A stretch of DNA of 63,552 nt, the filler included, from Octopus bimaculoides (Eukaryota): assembly GCF_001194135.2 (NCBI RefSeq). It is 7 parts of 7 records of this genome, joined end to end, with 100 filler letters (N's around TTAATTAATTAA, not from the genome) between each part and the next. Parts side by side here need not be neighbours in the genome. Positions count along the whole stretch, not along the records: positions 35,459 to 44,335 come from NC_068999.1; positions 44,436 to 54,215 come from NC_068996.1; 5 more parts are not named here. One strand, written 5' to 3'. The translations under genes and the position numbers were made by a program. Under the pieces are notes generated by a model. That model saw only the letters and a list, made by a program, of their open reading frames with translations, did not search any database and had not been told where the DNA came from. The first letter of the stretch is position 1; each line of letters opens with the position of its first letter. Below, piece by piece: positions 36,050-49,470 of this stretch.

Positions 36050-36422
36050 CATATATATATGCGTATGTATGTATACTTATATATATGCATGTATACATAT
36101 ATACATATATAAATGCATGTATATATACATATGTATGCATATGTATGTATACATATATATGTATGTGTGTGTATGTATGTATACATATATATGTATGCAT
36201 ATATATATATATATGTATATATATGTATGTATATGTGTGTATGCATATATGTATATATATGTATGTATACATACATGCATATGTATGTATATGTATGTAT
36301 GCATATGTATGTATACATACATGCATATGTATGTATATGTATGTATGCATATGTATGTATACATACATGCATATGTATGTATACATACATATGTATGTGT
36401 ATGTATGTATATATTATATATA

Positions 36423-36482
<60 letters not shown>
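36050..36482. repeat. Compound (TA/TATG/CATA)n then (TG)n microsatellite
   Basis: Directly visible. One of many SSRs, including (TA)n 28598-28661 and 41695-41762, (GAA)n 44437-44516, (TATC)n 45036-45087, (TAC)n/(AAC)n 51085-51277, (GATA)n 51625-51689 and (TATG)n 49324-49378. Confidence 0.95.
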
Positions 36483-36483
<1 letters not shown>

Positions 36484-37375
36484 CTGTATTTGTCTTTGTG
36501 TTTGGTGCTGGTGTCTTTACTTCCCTGTAACTTAGCAGTTTCACAAAAGAGACTGATAGAGTAAGTGCCAGAGTCAAGATAAAATTCAAGGTCTGGGGCT
36601 GATCCGTTCAACTAATATTCTTCAAGATTGTGCCCCAGCATGGCCGCAGCCTAACGACAGAAACGAATAAAAAATAAAGGTTGAGTATACTAGCTTCTGT
36701 AGCCTAGAGAAAGATGAAAACAGAAAAGAAATACCATTGGAAGAGAAGAAGTAGTAGTAGTAGTAGTAGTAGTAGGAGAAGAAGAAGAAGAAGAAGAAGA
36801 GGGGGTTGGTTTTGGTGTAAGAGAATTTTCTTCTGACAGGCACAAAATGAAAGAAAACAACGAAGAAACGTTCCTGTTATGGCTTCATCTTGCCATGTTG
36901 GTTTCTAAGTTTGGTCTGCTACATTGACGTGCGTCTTGTAAGGAGATGGATTTGAATGTCACCCAACGGAAGCCAAGTGTGAGGACGAGGCTGGGCTTGA
37001 CTGAGAGGGAGGGAGGGAGGGAGGGAGGTGTTTGCTTGTGGTGTTCACTGGCAAGGTTTCCCTCCTGAAGTTCTGCTGTTTGGAATGGTGGAATGGATGA
37101 ACATGTATTGTGACTGTGAATGACACATCGTCGTTTAATGTCCGATGTACAAATGTGTGTGTGTGGGTGTGTGTGTGTCTATATATATATGAGTGTGTGT
37201 ATATATATGTGTGTATATATATATATATGTGTGTATCTATGTGTGTATATGTATTTATGTGTGAATATATATATATATATTCGTGTGTGTGTGTGTGTGT
37301 ATAAACGTGCATGCATGCACACCTCTCTGTGTGTGTGTGTGTGTGTGTATTGACATATTTGTATCTATCTATCTA

Positions 37376-37416
<41 letters not shown>

Positions 37417-37954
37417 TTTATCTATCTATCCATACACACATGACATGATTATCTACAGATATCTGTGTTTTATGCTCTGCGTGAGTGTGTGTGTGTAGAT
37501 ACATATATGCGTGTGTGTGTTTGCATACACACACATACTCACATGCATACATGTAGGCATTCATGCACACACACACACACACACACTGAGACACACATAC
37601 ATCACCACACCTGCTCCTCTACCGATTCCACTTTTGCACACAAAACCGAATAAAAAAACTGTGGTGAAGCTGGACACATATTCTATGTTATTGTTGTTGT
37701 TGCTTTAGTTGTTTTTGTCTGCCTGCACTGATACTCCTACCTCCTCCTACTTCTACCTCTTCCCACTCATCACTCTCTTCCTCTCACTCTTCCTCCTACT
37801 CTTCTCTCTCTTCCTCCTTCCTTCTCATCACTCTTTTTCTCCCTCTCTTCGCCCTCTTCCTCCCGCTCCTCCTCCTTCCTCTCATCAGTCTCTCTTCCTC
37901 TCATCAGTCTCTCTTCCTCTCATCAGTCTCTCTTCCTCCCACTCTTCTTAAACC

Positions 37955-38050
37955 ATTACGGTATTTCCTGGCATACAAGTCGAATTTTGCAGACCAAAAT
38001 TTGCAGCCAGAAATAAGCAGGTCGACTTATACACTAAAATGGTTTGCAGA
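37955..38050 (+). mobile_element. Possible pogo/Tc1-type terminal sequence
   Basis: TA-CGGTATTTCCTGGCATACAAGTCGA ... GGTCGACTTATACAC resembles Tigger/pogo-type ends; the opposite end was not found. Confidence 0.3.
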
Positions 38051-38504
38051 ACCAAAAGTTCCATGTGAAATGCAGCAGGATTCGGAAAGATAGCCATGAT
38101 ATTTGAATATTTACACTATATACCACTGTGACTTGTATGTCGGTAGTTATAGGATGGCTAAAAATGTTCAACTGAGTTATGTCCCTTCACTGAGTTACCT
38201 CCCCTTTATAAACTTTATCATTTTTCAGATTTTTTTGTGTTTGATCAATTTAGTTGTTTGATCAGCTGAGTTACTTATTCACGTCTGAAAAATTCTGGAG
38301 GATTTTTGATTCTAGAAATTATGCCCCCTTTACATTCGCAATTGCCACTGGGTGTTTTACTCAAAGCAGAGGTATTTTTCGATAAATAAAAATTTATCTA
38401 GTGTTTAATATAACTTTATAAATCTTTGCTTTCTGAATTTATGTCAGTGGCCTCTCTCAGTTCATTAGCTCATTTTCGTATACACACACACATTATTACT
38501 TTCA

Positions 38505-38840
38505 CCATCATCATTTTACCTCTACTTTCCATGCTGGCGTGGGTTAGATGGCTTGACAGGATCTGGGGACTGGCAAGCCAGTGGGCTGCATCAGGCTCCA
38601 ATCTGATCTGGCAAGGTTTCTACAGCTGGATGACCTTCCTAACGCCAACCACTCCGAGAGTGTAGTTGGTGTTTTTTTACGTGCCACCAGCATGAGGGCC
38701 AGTCAGGCAGTACTGGCAACGACCACGCTTGAATGGTGCTTTTTACGTGTCACTGGCACGGGAACCAGTTAGGTGGCACTGGCAACGACCATGCTTAAAT
38801 GGTGCTTTTTGTGTGCCACCGGCACGGGAGCCAGTCAAAC
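38505..38840 (-). mobile_element. SINE-like family C copy
   Basis: Reverse complement of 200-603, including CAGCTGGATGACCTTCCTAACGCCAACCACTCCGAGAGTGTAG and three TTTTTACGTG(C/T)CAC-like units. Confidence 0.7.
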
Positions 38841-39159
38841 CCCTTTCCTATTAATGTAACAAATGAATTATTTTCCAATGCACAAAAAATAAGGACCTGT
38901 TACAGTAGTTTTGAGATGATGGGTGGCTTTATGCCAGGGATGAAAGGTCAGAGTACAATAGAGGGATGGAAACAAGTCTTGCAGAGGAGATATAAGGCTA
39001 CATCAGCTGAAGAAAGAGGAGGGTGACAACATTACACACACACACACACACATGATTTCAAACAATTAAACAACATCATTTTCATTAACTGTAGAAAATC
39101 ATTTCCTTTTCTTTATTTTCATTTTTTAAAATTACTTTTATTTTTCCGTTTCTTTGTAG

Positions 39160-39195
39160 GGTATGGAATTTGTTGACACGGAATCCTTCCATCGG
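39160..39195 (+). CDS. 36-nt micro-exon, probably next exon of the plus-strand coiled-coil gene
   Basis: ttttatttttccgtttctttgtag|GGTATGGAATTTGTTGACACGGAATCCTTCCATCGG|gtaaga. Strong splice sites; phase 0-0 is compatible with exon 35639-35908; encodes GMEFVDTESFHR. Confidence 0.55.
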
Positions 39196-40217
39196 GTAAG
39201 AAATAGTTTGTTTTTAGTTTTCTTTGATTCCATTCTCTGGAAACAACTTCTTCATTCATTAATCCTTCATTCATTAATCCTTACCATTCTTTTATTTGTT
39301 TATTTATCTTTTATATGTTTCAGTCATTAGACTGTGGCCATGCTGGGGCATTGCCCTGAAGGGCTTCATCGAACAAATTGATCCCATTATTTATTCTATC
39401 AGTTTCTTTTATCGAATCGCTAAGTTATGGGAACGTAAACAAACCAACACCAGTTATCAAGGCTTCTTTCAGTTTCCCTCTAGCAAATCCACTTACAGAG
39501 CTTTAGTCGGCCCAGCGCTATAACAGAAGACACTTGCCCATGGTGCCACAGGGCCTTATTTTTGGGATCAACAAAATAAGTACCAGTTAGATACCTCCTC
39601 CCCTGAAGTTGCTGGCTTTGTGCTAAAATCTTCCTCCTCCTCCTCCTCCTTCTTCTTCTTCTTCTCATTAAGGTGGCGAGCTGGCAGAATCGTTAGCATG
39701 CTGGGCAAAGTGCTTAGTGGCATTTCATCCGACTTTATGTCCTAAGTTCAACCCCCCCCCCCCNNNNNNNNNNNNNNNNNNNNNNNNNNNNNNNNNNTTG
39801 GGGGCGAGGTGGGGGGGTGATAAAATAAGTATCAGTTGAGCGCTGGGGTTGATGTAATCAACGTACACCTTCCCCAAGATTGCTGCCCTTGTGACAAAAT
39901 TTGAAATCACCACTGCTACTACTGCTACTATCCAAAAACCTTTATGTTTAAAGTAGCTGATTTTTCATTTAGTAATTGAAAGAAGCTTGAATGACTGGCT
40001 GCTGATATATCTGAGAATCTTTTATCCATTTCAATAATGAACGTTTTTTTAAATGTGTTGTTAATTGGGGTTTCTTAATTACAGAGCTGAGAATCTAGGG
40101 TTTCAGGTCTGAAGCCCAAGATATCGAGGGATGGTGGTGGTGGTGGTGACAATTGAACACCAATATATTGATGAAGTATTGGAATGAAATTAATAACTAT
40201 ACATTTGCATGGCTGAG

Positions 40218-40264
<47 letters not shown>

Positions 40265-41686
40265 TGTGTGATATACTTATGCTGTCATAATTAAAACGCA
40301 AAAGATACAATATTGCAAAACATTTCCACATTGCATGTCTTCCCCCACCCCCTACACTCTTGTGCACATTTACTTGTTCTATAATCATGTTTGCATGTGT
40401 GTGTGTGTGTGTNNNNNNNNNNNNNNNNNNNNNNNNNNNNNNNNNNNNNNNNNNNNNNNNNNNNNNNNNNNNNNNNNNNNNNNNNNNNNNNNNNNNNNNN
40501 NNNNNNNNNNNNNNNNNNNNNNNNNNNNNNNNNNNNNNNNNNNNNNNNNNNNNNNNNNNNNNNNNNNNNNNNNNNNNNNNNNNNNNNNNNNNNNNNNNNN
40601 NNNNNNNNNNNNNNNNNNNNNNNNNNNNNNNNNNNNNNNNNNNNNNNNNNNNNNNNNNNNNNNNNNNNNNNNNNNNNNNNNNNNNNNNNNNNNNNNNNNN
40701 NNNNNNNNNNNNNNNNNNNNNNNNNNNNNNNNNNNNNNNNNNNNNNNNNNNNNNNNNNNNNNNNNNNNNNNNNNNNNNNNNNNNNNNNNNNNNNNNNNNN
40801 NNNNNNNNNNNNTATATATATATATATATACCGGAGTAAACACATATATATATATATATATATATATCATTATCATTTAATGTCTGTGTTTGTATGTGGG
40901 TATCATATACACACTTATGCATATATGTACATGCATACACACACTCTCTCTCACTCACACACACACACACACACACACGTATAGAAGACTTCTTCAGTTC
41001 CCAATTTGTTTTCTGTTTCCCAATGATGGTTTTCCTTGGCCACATACAGATTAAGTTTCCCCCCCAAGATAAAGATTGAAAATTATGGAAGTCAATCAGT
41101 GCAACATTCAGCTACACAATGAGCTTGAAGTGTGTACATGTTTCAGTTTGTATGGTGGTGTTTCTGGTCTTCCTTATCCATTCCTTCTCGCCTCCCACAT
41201 AACAATGAATGCAATGACATAAGAGAGAAAACTTCTGATATATCCTTTTCCCTCTTGTATCGGTTATTATTTTTCAAGTGTCAAGCGATGAGTATTCAAA
41301 CATGGCAAAGAGCTGCTTGAATCGTTAGAGAATTGAAGAAAACGTTTTTGTAAATTTCTTTTCATTTGTGTACGCTGTGAGTTCAAAACCTTGTTGAGGT
41401 TGATTTTACCTTTCATCGTTTCGAGGTTTAATAAAATAAAGGATTAGTGATGTGCTGCTCTCAGTTGATCAACCAATCGTTACTCCCCAAACTTCAGGCC
41501 ATGTTCTTATTCTAGAAAGCATTATTATCTTATAATAATTCTACTTGTCACTCCGTTACTTAGCCCGTCTGTAACGCTTCCACGTGATTAGTTGAGGGCT
41601 GGGGAAGGGAAGAGGAGTGGGGGAGGAGGGGAGATAGACAAGAAAGAATACAACGATCGCCCATGTCCAATTTATATTATAGAAGA

Positions 41687-41771
<85 letters not shown>

Positions 41772-43042
41772 GCATATACATATATATATCTCTCTCTATA
41801 TATATGTCTTATTTTACTACACGTTTTGGGGAATTAGTGTTTGTCATATTTTCTGTTTGTTTTTTTATTTAATCCTGAAAATATATATTTATATATATAC
41901 ATGTGTGTATGTGTGTGTCTTTGTGTTTGAACACTTGACAACTGCTGTTGGTGTATTTATGTCCCCTATAACTTAGCGGTTCAGCAAAACGGACTGATAG
42001 TGTTAGGCTTTAAAAAAATATGTCCTGGAGTCAACTTTTCAACTAAAACCCTTCAAAATAGTGCTCCAGCATGGCCATGGCCAAAATGATTGAAACAAGT
42101 AAAAGAATAAAAGAATATATGCATGTATGTATATATGTATGTATATATATGTGCATGTATGTATATATATATATGTACATCATTTAATCGTTTAACATCC
42201 GCTTTCCATGCTAGCATGGGTTGGACAAAATGTATGCATGTATAAGTACATATGTATATATATGTGTATACATATATCCACACATGCACAAAATGGGCTT
42301 CCTCACAGTTTCCATTTATGAAATTCCCTTACAAGGCATTGGTCAGCCTGAGGCAATAGTAGAAGAAAGACCCTTGACCAAGGTGCCGAATTGTGGGATT
42401 GAACCAGAAACTGTGTCCCACTCTTTGCCAATATTTATAACAATACCTGTTTCTCTTTCCAGATAATATTTCAGTTTTCTTTTTCCCATCGACATTAAAA
42501 TCTATAAATAACATTGATCATACACAGTGTTTATATCGAAACAAAATGTTGCAGTTTGTATTCGTTGCCAATTCCAACATTTATTTTTTTTTCTATCTTT
42601 TGCATTATTTTCTGTTTTTCAAGTTACGTAACAGGGAACCATTCATATCTCATCTCCATGGCAGAATGTTAAATTGTCTTTTATCCATTTCCAGATGATA
42701 TCTTTTCAATGGTTGATAGTTTTTTTTTTTTTCTTTTCTGAGTATTTCATCTCATTTACGTACACACTTATCATCATTTCATTTCATTTTCTTTCTTTCT
42801 TTCTTCCTCTCCTCGTATCATCTTTACCTTTTTTCTTTTTTTACCATTTTCCTTCCTTCTTTGTTTATTTGAAATATGATAGTTTGAATTCCATTTACTT
42901 GTTGAGAAACCAGAGTTATCTTGTGTGATTCTTGATAAAGTATTTATGTATGTATGTAAATCTGTGTGTCCCTGTATACATCTGTGTGTGTGTGTGTGTG
43001 TGTGTCTTGTGTAAAGTTTTATAAAGTTTGTCATTCTGTCTC

Positions 43043-43077
<35 letters not shown>

Positions 43078-44189
43078 ACACATATAAGTATGTACATGAT
43101 TACATGCTGGGCTTCTTTGAATTGCCATCTACTGAATACCCCGACAAGGCTTTGGTAAGCCTGGGGCTACAGTAGAAGGCATATGTTGAATGCATCGTAC
43201 GGTGAGGCTGAACCTATCACTACACAGTTGAGAAGTGAAGTCTTGATCACATAACCATGCTATAGTATATATGAAATGCATAAACAAATCCTGAAAGATT
43301 GCTTTGAGAGTCATGATGTATTTTATAAATATGCCTGCTCAAGTATCATAAAAGCATGAAACTATTAGTAGCTGTTTCGGTTCTGTGTTTAATTTGATAT
43401 ACATACTGATATATGATGGTGGCAGTGTGTATGTAGGTGTCTGACTGTCTGTCTGTCAGTTTCTCTATTTCATTTTTGTATGCGCTTTGTAAGATTCTTT
43501 ATCTGAATTTGTGTGTTGAAGCATATTTAATTGTGTCTGGAGAGAGTAATTCTCTTTTAGTGCCTTATTAATTTAACACACTCACTGGTCTGATTTCCAC
43601 TCATTTACGTATTTAAAAAAAAAATTTTTTGCTAATATTTTTGTTGCAACTTGCAACCTTTTCAATAGTTTTGTCTCTCAGTAGCAATCCTCAGACCATG
43701 CCATACCTCCACATGCAACTCTTGTTCTCTTGCGTTGACTCAAGATTATCACTGATATATGGTAATATACAGTATATTGGCAGCATGAAATCGTTAGAAT
43801 TAACTACATAAGCAAACTGACCAATTAAGTAATTTGCACGCCATCACACACACACACATGCTTACGTATATCATTGTATTCACATAGCTTTGAAGTTTGT
43901 TACTAGTTTTAGTGTTTATTTTTGTTAACTCTGCACTTTTCTGTGTTTTAAGTTGTGTGAAAGTTCTGTAGAATTATATATAAGTGGTGTCTGCGTATGA
44001 GATTAGATTTTGGTATGGAATATGCCAGGAAGGTCAAATACAGATGTAAAACAGCCATATACATGTGTATATATGAAGATATATATATATGTGCCTGTAT
44101 GTATGTATGTTTGTATGTGTATGCATATATATATATATATATCTGTCCGGCATTCGCCATGATAGATCGCAAGGTACTACACATTCTTT

Positions 44190-44335
44190 ATTTTCTCTCC
44201 TTGTTTCTTTCTGTGTTCCTTTCTGCTGAAGAGCATAGGCTCGAAACATTAAAGACTTTTTCAGTTCCCAAGCGTTATACTAATACATCCATTTGTTGTC
44301 TATACCACCTGTCCTCGTCTTTTGTTTTTTTCGTG
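44190..44335 (+). repeat. Short dispersed element with hammerhead-like motif (subfamily H2)
   Basis: CTTT-CTGCTGA-A-GAGC-ATAG-GCTC-GAAAC-ATT-AAAG at 44219-44254. A sibling lies at 30619-30654 within about 30545-30690. Confidence 0.55.
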
Positions 44336-45035
44336 NNNNNNNNNNNNNNNNNNNNNNNNNNNNNNNNNNNNNNNNNNNNTTAATTAATTAANNNNNNNNN
44401 NNNNNNNNNNNNNNNNNNNNNNNNNNNNNNNNNNNAGAAGAAGAAGAAGAAGAAGAAGAAGAAGAAGAAGAAGAAGAAGAAGAAGAAGAAGAAGAAGAAG
44501 AAGAAGAAGAAGAAGAAACAAATAAACAAAAATGAAAAATAGCAATAAAATAAAAAAGAAGGAATAAATAAAGCAGAAACTGGAAAATCATGTTCTCAGT
44601 AAAAGTTATAGGAATAATTAGTGATTTGATGGATGTGTCGTATAAATGGGTTGTTTAGAGGTAGAAAATGTTGTTGCTATCGAGGCTGGTTGATATATTA
44701 ATAATCCTGAAAGTGGGACTAGGAATTTGCAAAATAGCAAATAAATAAATAAATGGAAATAAATGTAATAAGAAAAAAAAAACAAACAAAAACAAGTAAG
44801 AAAATAGCGGGAACGAAGACTATGATATTAACAGCTTAATTTGTATGTTGAATATCTATTAAATTCAGCTAATGAAATCTGGTTTACAGTCATTGGCTGG
44901 AAGTGATTTTTCTTTCCTGAAACTGCGAGTAGGGGTCAATGTGTAGTGTATTCATGTGTGAACTCATAACTAAATACTGCGTGTGTGTGTGAGTGTGTGT
45001 ATATATATATAAATATGCATATGTGTGTGCGTGTA

Positions 45036-45088
<53 letters not shown>

Positions 45089-45090
45089 GC

Positions 45091-45183
<93 letters not shown>

Positions 45184-45482
45184 TTTATATGCCTATGTAT
45201 GTGTGTGTGTATGCATATGTTTGTGTATGTATTTATGCATGTGTGTATGTACGTTTGTCTGCACATATCTATGCATTTACGTACGCATGTATGAATGTAT
45301 GTAAGTGTGATAGTGTGACAGTTTATGGGTATAAGTGTGTGTGTGTGTGACTGTGTTTGCGTGCGCGTATATATGTGTGTGTATATAACCTTGGTGCTTT
45401 CGTTTGAAAGTGATCTTCAGTGCCTTCTAGGCGCGAGCAGTGTATCGTAAATGATGTATATGTAATTGTATGCGACTATTTC

Positions 45483-45536
<54 letters not shown>

Positions 45537-46254
45537 NNNNNNNNNNNNNNNNNNNNNNNNNNNNNNNNNNNNNNNNNNNNNNNNNNNNNNNNNNNNNNNN
45601 NNNNNNNNNNNNNNNNNNNNNNNNNNNNNNNNNNNNNNNNNNNNNNNNNNNNNNNNNNNNNNNNNNNNNNNNNNNNNNNNNNNNNNNNNNNNNNNNNNNN
45701 NNNNNNNNNNNNNNNNNNNNNNNNNNNNNNNNNNNNNNNNNNNNNNNNNNNNTATTTCTATATATATATATATATATACATATATATATACATGTGCGTG
45801 TTCGTGTATATATGAAAAATATGTGCGCGTGTGATTGTTCGTTTACGTATATATGTATATGTATGTATGAATCTATCTCTCTATATACACGTGTGTGCGT
45901 GCCTGTGCGCGCGCGTCCGCGTGTTTGTATACATGCAGAGAGAAAGAGTAAAGAAAAACAAACACTGAGAATGAAAGAGAAAGAGAGAGAGAGAAAGGGG
46001 AAGGAGAATGAAAGAGAAGGAGAAAGTGAGAGAGAGAGAGAGAAAGAGATCTTCTGTGTGTTCGTGTGCATGAAACTGTGTGTACGCATGCGTACGGGTA
46101 AGAAGCCAATTATATAGATTTTCCCGTAAGCACAAGACTTCGGATCAATGGAGGTTATAATAAAATTGTACGATGTTAAGCTTTCCTTAAAGATATTGAT
46201 TTCTTGCATAGATACGTCGTGTAAGATTTGGTAGTATGTGAACAGGCGATGGCA

Positions 46255-46783
46255 TCGACCCCTGATACTTTATTCTATCGACCCCGAAAAGATGAAAAGC
46301 AAAGTTAATTAAGGCGAGATATAAACTGAAAATAATATTGGTTTTAAATTTTGGCACAAAACCAGCAATTTAGGGAATGAAGAACGTGGATTACATCCAC
46401 TCCAATGCTCAATAGGTACTTACTTCTTCGACCCCGAAAGAATGAGGCAAAATCAACCTCGGTAGCATTTGAACTCAGAATGTAAAGATTGATGAAATGT
46501 CGCTAAGCATTTGTGTCCGGCGTGCTAACGATTCTGCCAGCTCGCCGACTTAAAAACAGAATAATATTGGTTTAAAATTTTCTCATAAGACCAGCAATTT
46601 CGGGATGGGTGGGTTAAGTTGATTACATCGACCCTTGTACTCAACTGGTACTTAATTTACCGACCACGAAAGGATGAAAGGCTAAAGTCAACCTCGTCAG
46701 AATTTGAACTTAGAATGTGAAGAGGGATGAGACGCCGTTGAGCATTTTGTCCGGCGTGCTAACAATTCTGTCAGCTCTCCACC
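46255..46783 (-). mobile_element. Head-to-tail tandem of SINE family B (two full copies plus one partial)
   Basis: Units at about 46331-46546 and 46560-46783 plus a partial at 46255-46320; each full copy is bounded by AATAATATTG. Confidence 0.75.
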
Positions 46784-47639
46784 TTAGAAAAAAAACTGAG
46801 AATAATATTGAAAATAATATGCTCTAGGTCATATAAAAAAGCTACTGGGAGGAATCAAAATGAGATGCCCAAGACGTTTTACTCGTTAGAATAGAAAAGT
46901 TCAGTGAATCCATTCATTCTGCGGCAAGTATTCTTCCCGATACAGACACCCGGCAAGCACCTCCTACGAACGTGGAAACAACACAATATTTCTGTATTTT
47001 AAAACTTCTCTTCTCTTTTCTTTCTGCTCTCCATCACTTCTTGCAAAATGTATACCCATTCACCAAATAAAAACGATATCTCGGGTCACTCATTTCCAGA
47101 TGTCAACTGCCTTCAGAAGGAAAGATGTGAAGTACATTCAAACAATGTTCGATCTCTATTGCTTAGGGATTGGGCTCAGTTCGATGTACATTTTTTTTTA
47201 CTCTAAATTCATTTTTGTTGGTACTGTAACAGTGATAATTATGGCGACGGTTGTGGCGGTGGTCGTGGTGGTGGCAGCGGCGGCGGCGGTGGCTGTGGTG
47301 GTGGTGATGGTGGTGATTCTTGTTGTTGTTGTGGTGGTGGTTGGCGTAGTGAATATGATGTTTCATGTTCACTATGACATTTTTCTTTAAGATACAGAGT
47401 ATTTATTGAAAGAGATTTGGCTTCTGTTTCAAGCCAGTTGAGTGACTACGAACAGGGGCTTCTCTTTCAGATGGTGCTCTGTGTACATGTAGAATACACT
47501 TTCCGTAACATTTTTTAATCACTTAACAAAAGCAACGAATTGCTCCTGTTTATTTGACTCAAAGCCTGGCTTTTCACTGTTCATCGAAGTTCATCTGTTG
47601 TCTTTATCATTTTCAGAACTCCTCTAGCGACCAGCAGCC

Positions 47640-49320
47640 GGTAGATAAACTTTTGTCCTGTATCAAAGATAACTATCTCACCTCAGTTTGCTTGAAGTCA
47701 GCCAGCAGGCCAAAAGTCAACCGGTTTTATGCTGAATGCATCTGGAAACAAATAACCTTTTCCTTTGAACAGCACAATAAAGTTAGACAGGTGGCTAAAC
47801 TCTTCGTCTTAAGCATGTCTTTTCCAATCCCTCACACATCAAAGCAACATAACCGCCAATGTCTCAAGCTGTTTATCCACAGTTGTGCCACAAATGTTTT
47901 GAGAAACCTAATTTCTCAAGATAGGTATATAGGCAGTGTATTACATATCTCAGTGCCCTAATAATTACAGGTATAAACCTGAACCTGTAATCTGGATAGA
48001 AAAATTGCAGATTTCTCAATAGTTCAGCGTAGGTATTCTCTTTTTCACTCATCTTTAGCTTTATGGTTACATCTGCTGGGTAGATAATTTCCACAACTGT
48101 ACACAATTTCTCTTCTCTATCCCAAATTACTGTCAGGTTTATTATGTTTACATTTTGTTGAGGTTTTCACTGGGACATTCCACCAGTACTCCTTTTTATT
48201 ATGAGTGGTTATGGCTTTTACCATACTGTGGGTTCTTATTTCTTTGGTCTCGAGGTTATGCTTCCGACAGATCTCGTTATACAGTGTCCTAGCTACAACA
48301 TCATGTCTCATCTGTAGATAATACTGTAATGACATTTTCGCACAACTGCTTATAATGTGGGTCATATCCACAAAGTCTGCATCGCTTATGACATTTTTAT
48401 GTTTTCCTGCGTTTCTGTCTCTTTTGTGCATCAGGTATTTTGTTGATATTTCCTGTTCCTGGATTGCAAACGCATACCCTTCAAAGTGGAAGTTAGCAAT
48501 CTGGTTGCCGGTCTATGATAGACTGCTTTCATGGTCAATGTTACTATCATCTCAAAGCTTTCTACTAACATATCCATGCCTGGTCTTCTGCTGATATACG
48601 TTTCTCCTTTCATCTGATGATACGTTGCAGTAGAGTCGGGCGACTCTTTGGGCAAGTACTTAAGGTTTTCAGACAAGAAATGCTTCTTAAGGAGCTTAAG
48701 TTTTATGATGTTATCAGCCTCCGGTATGCAAACTTGGTCAAGCGATACACTTCGATGCTTGGTGGTTAAAAGTTGTTGCCGAAAGGATATGATGCAATAT
48801 TCAAAGGCAGTCTAGACCGATGTTAACCCTCGGCCCTCTCGTTTCGTTTTAGGTAGAGGCGGTCTAAGTCACTGTTGATGTAGAAATAATGTGTGTTGGT
48901 AGTATCTTCTGGATTTTAATATCAATGGCTCGGACTTCATCAAGCGTCCAGTCAGGCAGCCCAAATCTTGGTATGAGTACTGGCACTGCAAGCACATTGT
49001 GGGCTACTGTTGTGTTGAATGCTGAGTGTTCCGAAGTCCAAATTTTCTTTATTCGGCTGTAATGTTCTTTAGTGACATGTGCTTTGTTACAAGTACCATT
49101 CTAAAATATATTTTCATCCACCTCCAGATACCTGTAACATTCCTCATCAGATATAGGAGAAGCGGTTAAGTCATTGATGAAGATGTTGTTAGTCTGGTTT
49201 ACAGTTTTCCCACTTTTCTCAACCATATAGCAATATTTATCGTAACCAAACTCCAACCTTATATCGTTTGAGAATGTTGTAACTAGGTCAAGGCGCTTTT
49301 TCATCTCATACGTATTCTTG
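47640..49320 (-). mobile_element. R4/Dong-like (RLE) non-LTR retrotransposon, 5'-truncated
   Basis: LDLVTTFSNDIRLEFGYDK...YRYL...RIRKIWTSE...AHNVLAVPVL...FAIQEQEISTKY...HIISSCAKM...RHDVVAR...HNKPD: RT end, CCHC remnant and PD-(D/E)xK nuclease. Frameshifted. Confidence 0.75.
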
Positions 49321-49322
49321 GC

Positions 49323-49353
<31 letters not shown>

Positions 49354-49470
49354 TGTATGTATGTATGTATGTATGTATGCATGTATTATATATGCATGTA
49401 TGTATGTATTTGTACTTGTGTGTGCCCTTGTGTTTGCTTGTTATCGGTGCGACTCTGTACCCTTTATATA

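Noticed and set aside
36024-36589. ORFs of VC/HT/YI/poly-I/poly-N type throughout the window
   Set aside because: Translations of microsatellites; no splice or homology support.
37878-37936. Three copies of a 19-bp unit in a pyrimidine tract; similar GA-rich repeats at about 62990-63100
   Set aside because: Ordinary slippage minisatellites with no further structure.
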